Origin: Callorhinchus milii | Lineage: Eukaryota | NCBI RefSeq assembly: GCF_018977255.1 | Contig: NW_024704742.1 | Location: forward strand, 9,798,001-9,862,000 | Length of the DNA: 64,000 nt | Reading direction: 5' to 3' | Shown here: piece after piece, positions 54,050-64,000 of the stretch | Layout: each line of letters begins with the position of its first letter | How positions within the stretch are numbered: position 1 is the stretch's first letter | Notes under the pieces: model-generated | The model's input: only the letters and a program-made list of their open reading frames with translations | What the model was told of the DNA's origin: nothing | Database searches by the model: none | Program-made: the position numbers and the translations under genes

Positions 54050-54720
54050 TTAAGATAAGATAAAGTGCCTGATCATGTCACCGAAATGTCTCAAAACTCT
54101 TCTCAGAATTTAACTGTAAAGTGTAGTATCTGGATACTGGTAGACAAATGTGGCAGCCAACGCGTACAATTTGGTTGGTGGGTTAATGAATTTTTATTAG
54201 ATAGATTGGCATAGAAATAACCATGAAATTAATGACTAATTTTATCTGGGGGATTGTTGGCCGAGGAGAAACTCCCTTCCCTATTCAAATAGTGCCATGA
54301 GATCTTTTCGCGCACAAATACGCAGTCAATTCACTTTACAGTATACTCTATGAGGCACTTTGAGACATCGCGAAGATGCGATAAGGCGCTATATCAAATG
54401 CAAGGATTATTATTATTATCTTGTACAATAATAATCCTTGCATTTGATACAGCACCTTTCATGTGGTCACTGGATTCATTTAGGAACTGCAAGGATTATT
54501 ATTATTTAGCATTATTTATTATTATTATCTTTAGCATCCACCTCAACAGGCAGATGGAATGTTGATATAACATCTCATCAGAATGACAGCACCTCTGACA
54601 ATGTAGCACAAGCCCAGCACAGCACTGGAGTGTCAGCCTGGACTGTATCAGTACAATGTCCCGATGTACGCTTTGAACCCACAACCTTTCGACTCAGAAT
54701 TGAGAGTGCTGCTGACCAGG
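54050..54720 (-). mobile_element. Older Deu-type SINE interrupted by a + strand SINE 3' fragment (~54308-54527)
   Basis: Body breaks at gccatgagatcttt and resumes atctttagcatccacc. Confidence 0.7.
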
Positions 54721-55289
54721 CTGATACTACTTAACCACGACCCGCCACAACTCTTCCCATCATAAGTAAGCCCAACAAAGAACAATAAACGTGCCAAAAA
54801 TTAACATTCGCTGAATCAAACCCAAAACTTTAGATTAAAAACTTGTCCAGCACTGTGGATGTCAATAAATCAAAGAGCAGAGTAACTCTTCTCAACTAAT
54901 CCCGACTAAAAGTGGTTGTTGTCTCAAAGTAATCAAGTGATGCCTTTCTCCCAGCAATGATCATTCTTTGTGGACAGGTCATCAGTTTCCATTTGAGAAG
55001 TGCTACTGTCAAGTGCTGCTTTCAGCCTTGAGAGGAATTATCCCAGTGAGTCACAAACACAGTGACGGTGCTAAACACACTAATAAATCTAAATCCATTG
55101 CTTAAGCACAATTGATAGCAATCTCGCTTCCGAGTCAGAAGCTTGTGGATTCAAGCCCAGTGTCAGGAAACTGAGCTCATAGTTTATGCTAACATTTCAA
55201 TGAGTGCTAGGAATGTCCTGTAATTGAGGACCGGTTTGCCTGCTCAGGCGGACGCAGGGAGTGTGGTGAGCAGGTGCACAGCACTCCTG

Positions 55290-55610
55290 TACAATACAAA
55301 ATTATATTTACACAGCGTCTTTCACATCAGGAGGACCTCCTGAGGTGCTGGACATTCAGGGATTTGGACCCGAGTAGTGGGTTGGGATGAGGGAGGGTGG
55401 GGAGCAGGGAGGGTAGGGCTAGGAGGGTGGCCGAAGGCCACGGTTGAAGAGGAGGGTCTTGAGAAGGGCCTTGAAGGAGTCAAAGGAGGGAGCGAAACGA
55501 AGGGAGTGTGGGATTGAGTTCCAAAGGATGAGGGCAGAGAGGCTGAAGGCCCGAGTGCCGATGGTGGAGCAGGTCGGGCGGGTGACATGGAGCAGGCCGG
55601 AGCCTGCTGA
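55290..55610 (-). mobile_element. L2 LINE 3' fragment
   Basis: atcggcactcgggccttcagc..ctttggaact; L2 tail. Confidence 0.75.
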
Positions 55611-55989
55611 GTAGAGACAGCAGGCAGATTGCTAGGGGGGTTAGTACTGCCATGTCCCCAGCGTCCCTAGTTACCATTCCTATTGAGGAAGGGATGTATT
55701 TGTATTTAATTGTATTTAAAGAGGAACAGTTGAATTTCCATACCCATGACTTCTCACAACATTTCTCCCTAAAACAACAATAAACCCATCACTTTCACTA
55801 CATTTACCACGATGCTCCTGTACAGAACCCTGCTTTACAAAGAGAGTAATGTACACACTCGAGTTCTTGAGCGAGAAAGGGCAATCTTTCACTCATATGA
55901 AAGAGGAGGGAAAATAAAGAATACTGTGAGCTGCATATCATGGTTGAAGAGTTTGTAAGTCACTCTGTCTGATCCACCAAACCACCATG

Positions 55990-56470
55990 TTCTCCGCCCT
56001 GCCACCCCACAATTGGTAGTCAGGCCTTCAACTTCTCTGCCCCCCCTGCCCCCCATCCAAATCTCTTCCAGTCGCCTCCTTCAAAGGCCGTCTCAAGACC
56101 CTCCTCTTCAGCCGTGCCTTTGGTGACCCTCCTACCCCTACCCTCCCTGCCCTCCACTTCTCCTGATTCCAACCCCCAGCTCAAGTGCAAGCCCCTAACG
56201 GTCCAGCGCCTTGGGACATTTTCCTGACGTTAAAGGTACTATATAATTGTAATTTCTTGCTGTGTCCTCACTTTGTGGAACTCCATCTCTGCTCACCCTC
56301 TTTTCTGCCACCTTCAAAACGTGCTCCAAGATCTATCTTTTCCACCATGCTTTCAGCCCCCACCCCAGCTCCCCCCGCTCCCTCCAACCCCAGATCAGGA
56401 ACCCAGACTGCTCTTTAAAGCACTTTGAGACATCTTTCTGATATGAAAGGCACCGTATAAATGTAAAATG
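55990..56470 (+). mobile_element. Two adjacent L2 3' tails
   Basis: Tails ending ~56255 and ~56470. Confidence 0.65.
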
Positions 56471-57610
56471 TTGAAATTGATTTGCAGCATTAAAATCACT
56501 CCTAAAGTGTTTTTTTTAAAAATTAATATACCACTGGGGGTCAATTCTTTCACTTTTGTGTTGCTTTAAAGCAGCTGTCAGTTCTCAGCACAGGGCTGAT
56601 CAGCAGGTCACTGAGTAGTGCACTGAGGCACTGTAACAACAAGGAAGACATACAAGCTTTCGAGCCTTTCCTGGCAGTTTACTAAATCATGGCAATCCTT
56701 AAAATCAGACTCTTACAGCACAAGAAGGAGGCCATTCGGCCCATTGTGTCTGTGCTGGCTCTTTGAAAGAGCTCTTCAAATAGTCCCAATCCCCTTGTTC
56801 TTACCCCATAGCCCTGCATACTTTTTTTCCTTTTCAAGTAATAATAATAATAAATAATAATTTTGTCACTCAATCCACAGATGTTTGTGGGACACTGCTG
56901 TGTGCAATTGGCTGCCCACAAAACACAGTCGATTTACTTTCCAGTGATAAGGCCCTATATCAAATGCAAGGATCATTATTATTTAAGGTTACTTATCCAC
57001 TTCCCTGTCCTTTCTCCATACCTTTGATACCCTTACTGTCTAAGTACACACCTCACTAGAGACAGTCCGATTATAACTTGTGTGGCCTCTGAACCTGCGG
57101 TTCCTGGAAGTGGGGGAAACTTCCGGCTTCTGGAGCATATTTATCGATTTCCTGTGAATGTGCATTGTGCGCAGGAAGCCAGCCAGTCCTTAGCGACCTG
57201 AGGCCCTGGGAGCTGTATCCTCTTTTTTGCGAACCTGTTGTAACACGGTGTTTAACTTTACAGAGCATAAACACTGATTTATAACAGGGGCTGCCTTGTA
57301 TCTACCACACATTCCTTTGATATCCTTATCAAGTGATTTTGTTTTGCAGAAAGCTTTATTGGGAGTATGGAAAGTAGGCAAATCAATGATCTCATTTAAA
57401 AGGGATAAACATAAAGAGGGGCTTGGGAAAGAGCAGGGAAAAGGTGGTTGGAGCTGATAAAATAATGGATGATAAAATAATGTGCTGTGTTGAATTTCCT
57501 ACCATTGTATGATCGATTGCAAATGTATTATGTGATGATCTGCAGTAGAATACCAGAAAAGCAATATGAAAATGCCACAGTAGGAATGATGGGCCATGCA
57601 TTTCATTTCA

Positions 57611-57751
<141 letters not shown>

Positions 57752-59096
57752 TCAATACAGTGGGGTCAATTTAATGCACTCAACAATTGTCACATCAAAT
57801 GTTGCCTGAATGTGCAGGAAATCGACCCATACACACTCTCCACAATACCCTGTCCTCAATTGCAATGTCTATAAATCCAAGTCCTCAGCATTGGACTTCT
57901 GCCTTGTACATTGAGGCATTCAAATGCTGGCTCTGATAACCTTTGAATTTGATATGGTACCTCTTCAAGTCATTGAAACATCAGAGCTTCACACGTGTTC
58001 ACTGTAAAATGTAGTGATCGTGTATTTCGTAGACGAATATAGCAGTCAGTTTGGACAACGTGGTCATTAGATTTTGACTGGAGAAAGAGTGGCCGGTATC
58101 CAGCCAATATGCAGTCAAATCACAAGTCGAAAGAAGGTGGTGAAAGATTCAACTCTAGCACATCCAGAACGTTTGATGTGATGTGATTAGTTTGGAGACT
58201 CTTAAGCACGGTGATGGGTTGCCCCATGTGCCTGACCCTCCAAAAATATCAAATGTCTCAAACAATTCCAATTGACTTCAGTTTGGATAAATCACAAAAG
58301 CTTGTCTAATATCTGAAATTAAGCGGGTTAATAATCTTTACATTTGATTCACATCAGGAGGACGTCTCAAAGTTCGTTACAGGATTTGTGGTGAAATGTA
58401 GCATCTATGGATTTTGTAGGCTAATGGGATTAACGAGCTTCAATTGATCTGCCTCTTTTTGTATTCTCAGGCACGTTACCATCTCAGCACTCCCACAACC
58501 ACAATGGTTGAATGGTCTGGTCCACAATCTCTTTTCAAACTGCTGTGTGGTCTTTCTGATACTCATTCAGTGATAGCAGGACAAACATACTTTTTATTAT
58601 CCCCCGAGGCAGTGTTTTCAGGATACTGGTTGAGTTAAGCAGGCATCAGCTGATATACCTTTGGTGTGTGACAATACAGACTGAAGAAGAATTTCTCCTT
58701 AATTTAGATACAATTAGTTTGCTGAAGTGGGTGTGGAGAGGGCGGTGTAGGGGAGGGAGGTGAGGAGAAGAGAGAACTACAGTGAGCCTGCCTAAGAATA
58801 ATAGAACTGAGCCAAGTGTGGGTTTAAAAGAGACAGATGGGGGTTAGGAATTAGCAGGATCTTAGTGGCAAATATGATGATTCCACTGTAAGTCTACAAG
58901 TGGCAAAACTACAAACAGGTACAAAATACATCCCACTATCTTCAGTCGAATAAATAAAAGGGTGGAGCACCAAAATGCATCCAGAGTGCAGAAGTAGATG
59001 AAGATCTCACAGTGTGTGATCATGGCCTGATATTGCAGGTGTCTTTTAAGTGTTGGGGTACCAATCTATTGAGGAATTTGTACTTAACAGGGAATT

Positions 59097-59407
59097 AATA
59101 ATAATAATCCTTGCATTTGATAGTCGCTTTTCACATCTTCTAGACTCTCAAAGCGCTTCACAGAATATACTGTAAAGTGAATTGACCGTATATTTGTGGG
59201 CGAACGCGGCAGCCAATTGCGCACAGCAGTGTCCCACAAACAGTCGTGGAATGAAAATGACCAATTTATTATTGTTTCGTTTTGGAGGGATTATTATTAG
59301 ACGTGGAGTAAGGAAACTTGCTCAAGGTTTCGCCCTCTGCCTGGAACTGATCCCAGGTGTCTCGTTTGCAAGGCGAGTACTCTAACCATCGAGCTACAGG
59401 ACTCCAC
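59097..59407 (-). mobile_element. tRNA-derived SINE (short form)
   Basis: Full length on minus strand. Confidence 0.88.
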
Positions 59408-60884
59408 CGAATTGCCAAACTTCAAGCTGAATAAAGTGTAATGGAGCTAGGTTTGACCCTAACTTTAAACAATTCAATGAAACCATATTTCTGAAGTGTC
59501 CTTACTTGTGGCCTTAAAGTGACAGCTCTGGCAACATGATACTAATCTCTTCCACTATATGGCTTTAAAGTGAAAGATGTTCCATGTGCCAATAGTGCAG
59601 CCAGTTGAGTAGACAGAAGATTTTCATTTACAGTTTTCTTTACAGTTGTCTCCTTACAGGAGCCAACCCCTCTATACAGGACAGTAGCACATTTTAAAGA
59701 ATGGAAGAGGTAAATTTTGAAGGACAATATCTCCTAACAGTTTGCTAATGGAATTCAGGAAGAATCATTGAGTAAATCATTGAATCCGTCGAAATAAACA
59801 ATGAAAGAACTCTGTCTGTTTAGGTGGACCTTATACCCCGCTATGATGACACTATTCGTGTAAAGTGCTATATCAAATGCAAGGATTATTATTATTATTC
59901 AAAAAGAGAAGGGAGTTTCTCCTCGTGTTCTGGCCAACAATCTCCCAGATAAAATTGTTTAATTGCCTTTGGTGTTTGTGGGACATTGCTGGGTGCAAAT
60001 TGTCTGCCGCATTTGCCTATAAAATAAACTGTCACAGTACTTTACTGTTAAATCTTGTGAAGCGTTTTGAGACATTAACAATGTGATAAGGTGCTATATC
60101 AAATGTTAGGATTATTATTAAAGAGTGGACTTCAAATTGCCTAGATCAGTCCTACCTGGAGTTCAGTACCCATTCTGATGCAAAGAAGTTCGGTCACAAA
60201 GTGACCTTAAAGACAAAATGTTACTCCATTTCAAACGTATACAGATTGTGCTTCAGTTAATGTTTGTGCTGACTGGATTGATCTCCAAGAACTGACAAAG
60301 GAGAGAGATCAGATAAGAAGGTACTGAGAAGTCAAGCTGCCAAGAAAAGCAGATACAGGGTTTTCTGATCAGCAGTTCTCATATCTGAAAGACCCACAAG
60401 TCAACATGTGGTATAGATCAGCCGACTTCTCTACATTACTTCTCATGTACATTTGATAGAACACGTGAAACTATCTAATATTGACTTTGATCTCCTTTTA
60501 GAACTGAACGGTCAGCTTCACATACAGAAAGGTCAATAACACCTTTTTGGTTTGAGAAATACTAAACATTGACTTAATCATCCAAAGCTTCTTTTCAATT
60601 CTGAAATTTATTTCATCTTAAATGGTCTGCCACTGTCAAAGCTTGACATTGAATTCTTCGATTGTTTGTCATTCCAGAAAAGAAAAACACCTTTACGCTT
60701 GGTTGCGTTTGATTCTAACTGGTTATGCAGCTTCTCTCCCCATGAGCCTCCTAATTTAATTCCATTCTCCTCTTTGCTCCCCTTACCTTTAAATTCCTAA
60801 CATCCATTTAAATCCCTTGTGAAAGTATTGTAAAGTGTAAAGAACCTGTGTCTAAACTCCTTAATCCCAAATGTCCTTAACTCC

Positions 60885-61110
60885 CTAATGCTGAAACTCT
60901 GGAACACTCTCCCTCAATCCCTCCACCTTGCTCCCTTTCTCCCCTTTTTCAAGTCCTGCCTGAAAACCTTCCTCTTCGACCGTGCTTACAGCCACCTCCC
61001 CCACTCCCACCACCCCATGAATCGGAATCAGGCTCCGCCACTGTTAAGCACTCTGAGATGCTACCCTGCGTGAGGGCATTAATATCAGTGCAAATTCCTG
61101 TTGTTGTTGA
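60885..61110 (+). mobile_element. L2 LINE 3' fragment (second tail type)
   Basis: KLWNTLPQSLHLAP..FKSCLKTFLF. Confidence 0.8.
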
Positions 61111-62259
61111 TGTTAATCCTTTGTCATTAAGTAAACTTTATCCTATCCCACCAACTTCCTGGGCAATGGAAATGAACTACTACATATCTACTCTTTATAA
61201 GCTTGAAGATCTCTATCAGATTATTCCTGAACCTTCTTAGTTCTAGCGATAAAGCTCTAGTGCTTCAAGTCTCTCTTCATAAATGAAAACCTTCATCCCT
61301 TGGAACATCTAGTGAATCTTATATATTATTGCATATATATTTTATCTTACAAAAAAATCACTGATACATATTTGTTATTACTTGTATACCTTTCTTTTAA
61401 ATGGAGTGCCAAATGTGTGCACAATACAATAAATGTGGCCTAACTAAGAACAAGTGCGAGTTCAACCCTCTATGTATGTGGTCACATTCCTTTTAATTCC
61501 AAATGCCATAATTAATGTTGTGAGCCTCATATGTGCCATCTTATTAAATGCTTTTTGAAAAGCCATGAACAGTGAAGCCCATCTTCAACTCAGGGCATAG
61601 GGCCAAAGTCTCTTTGTAAGGGTTCACTGGTGTGGAACCAGGCTATTGCTGGGTGGTTGTTAACAGCGGGTGGTTGCTTGAACAGGTTTGTGTCTTTGGG
61701 ATGTCCTGCTGACATGAAAGGTGCTATATAAATGTAATTTGTTTTTGTTGTTGTATCTTAAAACTACTGCAATTCCTTTCCCTATCCTCTTGGCTAATTT
61801 AAAAGGTTTGCAATTCAGATAAAGGTATTCCGAGAATGGTTTAACAGAATCCTGCCTCCGTTAGAAACCATTTGTCTTGTCCATTTTCAACGTCCTAACT
61901 GTTTCACAACATGGAACCATATCCTTCAAATTGCTCATGTGATTAACACCTCAAGTAGAAAGAAAACAAACCAAGCAGAACTGAGCTCGTCTTCTAGAAA
62001 TATTTCAACTCTTAAGAAGTCACCACTAGGGGCTTTGAATATGACCAAATTAATTTTCCATTCATAGAAACAGGAATAGGCCATTCAGCCTCTCAAACCT
62101 GCTCTGCGATTCTATAAGATCATGGTTGATTTGTACCTCAAGTTCAATTACCCACCGTTGCCCTGTATCCCTTAGTATTCTGATCTAACAAATAGATAGG
62201 TTCCTTGATAGAGGAAGCAGTTAATTAAACAGGAAAAGGGGAGAAGACTAAAGACTCAC

Positions 62260-62453
62260 TTTTCTTCCCATCCATGTCTGCGTGGATTTTTCGAGAGAGG
62301 AACCCTGTTTTGTATGTTTTAGCATTGGGATCCCGGGGAATGTCCAGGAAAGGGTTGCTGCTGGAGCCAATCCGATTGCTGGTCCTGGATCCTGCACTAT
62401 CCGTTTTATCATTTGCCAGTTCGGAGAGAGACTTTCTCAACTCTTCTTCATTT
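62260..62453 (-). CDS. PSD3: PSD3/EFA6D coding exon (linker after Sec7 domain and start of PH domain)
   Basis: Encodes NEEELRKSLSELANDKTDSAGSRTSNRIGSSSNPFLDIPRDPNAKTYKTGFLSRKIHADMDGKK, matching the recalled PSD3 motif NPFLDIP..YKsGFLaRKIHADMDGKK; acceptor ctttcag|A, donor A|gtgagt; 194 bp, phase 2 to 1. Confidence 0.93.
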
Positions 62454-63081
62454 CTGAAAGGCAAAGGAAGAAAATTAAATTCAAACCACGAGAGTAGTGA
62501 ACTGCATCAACACAAATTCCTTGCTCCTATTCTTTGTTCACCTACAAATACAATAAAATCCTGTGAAGTGCCTTGATAAATCTCGAAGACATCTCTATCG
62601 AATGCCAAAATTATTATATTAAATGCGCACTTTTTCCCCCACATCATTTCAATTTAATTGCCACAGATTCTCAAACGGTTCAGCAAGTCATTACACTTTA
62701 CTGAGACCCAGTGCTGTCCTAGGTCAAAATATCAGCTGGAAACAAGATACACAGATTTATTCAAAGTTATTATTCACTAATGATTGATCAAGATGAAGCA
62801 GAATTAAGCGAAGGGCAGCCCCAATGGTGTTATGGATTGTGCTGCTCTTTACAGACCAGCTCACTATCACAACAACAACAACAACGTGCATTTATATAGT
62901 GCCCCTCACTCAGGGTAGAGTCCCAGAGCACCAGTTTGAATCCTGGTCTGCACTGTGTTTGCTGGTCTCAGCCAGGGCTCCAGGGCTGCATTGAGATACA
63001 ATGTTGGCCCCAGCCTTCTTACAGTTAAGGAAGGGATAACCATCCAAAGATCCTGCTTCACATCCCTATTCAACCTTTACT

Positions 63082-63620
63082 GCTGAATGCGGGGATTTTT
63101 TCTCACTCAGCTCTAGTTAAGCTTACAAGCCGAAGCCCTAACAAGTAGGGTGGTCTAAGTTGGATGAGCAGTGGGAGGCTTGCAGTGTCCTCAATGGCAT
63201 TCCTATGTGGTTTTAAGTGGCACCATGATTCCCTGTACTGCTTTTACTGACGGGGAGTGCCTGTGGTAGCCGGGTAGAGGGTTGACTGTAGACATGATTA
63301 TGAGATTCCAACCCAGACTGAAAGTACCACATATGTACATGGGAATTTCTCTAGTCTGGAATGAAAAGTGCACTCTCGCTGGGGAACCCTGCTTACCAAA
63401 TTTCAAAAGGATATTAAATGCAAGTTGGCAAGAGCCAAGGCTTGGTGACCCCAAAGTGTGCATTGGGGTACTTCTGGAGTTTAAAATCTGAAGCCGCATA
63501 GCTTGCCATTGAGAGCAATGTCTGGCCAGATTTCAACTGTTCATCCAACTAGGATCATCCTACTTATTAGGGCTTCGGCTAGGAAGGGTAGCTGAGTGGG
63601 ACAAATGCCAGTGTTCAGCG
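63082..63620. repeat. Element with ~135-bp imperfect inverted arms (fold-back/MITE-like)
   Basis: agccgaagccctaacaagtagggtggtctaagttggatgagcagt pairs with actgttcatccaactaggatcatcctacttattagggcttcggct; related partial copy at ~48640-48930. Confidence 0.65.
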
Positions 63621-64000
63621 GTGCCCTGGATGAAGTACTGTGAACCCACCCAGCTCAGGAACTGGGCTACTGAGACCACCATCGAGTGGGTTGGCTTGAT
63701 CCCGACATTCCTTTAACATTCGAGCTCCAAGAAGACCCCACTTATAACTGCCAACACTCCCTGTTAAGGCTTATACATGAACAATGGCCACTAGGAAGGC
63801 AACCAGCGCCTGTGGAACAAGGGCAAGAGGAGGCTTGACCAGGAGCAGAGAGGCATATGGCAGAGGGAAGACAATTAGAGAAGAACAAAATTACAGACAT
63901 TGTTTCTTTTTAAATACTCAAGCCAAAAAATCAGGAGTCAATCCCGCTGAACGTCAGCATGACCGAGGCCCTCCGGAATGGCTCGCGCCAGCTCCTCCGT

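Noticed and set aside
46514..54489. 8-kb inversion bounded by the 84-bp inverted repeat
   Set aside because: The older SINE around 54.3-54.5 kb is collinear across the supposed breakpoint; templated insertion fits better

Overview
Repeat-rich vertebrate genomic DNA, most likely a cartilaginous fish (inferred from the tRNA/Deu-type SINEs plus abundant L2 and CR1 LINEs; species not determinable). The only gene I can identify is the 3' end of PSD3 (EFA6D, ARF6 GEF) on the minus strand: six coding exons (62453->32875) with GT-AG boundaries and matching phases, encoding the PH domain, coiled-coil and C-terminus, followed by a repeat-free putative 3'UTR. The rest is intronic or intergenic and dense with SINEs, L2/CR1 fragments and a few inverted-repeat elements. 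I found no new multi-gene system. The best second-look items are: a SINE tail hairpin that matches a co-resident L2 tail, an exact 84-bp inverted templated copy 8 kb from its source, an L2 fragment inserted into a PSD3 splice donor, and a stop-free circRNA candidate flanked by inverted SINEs. Exon coordinates were read base by base; repeat coordinates are approximate.
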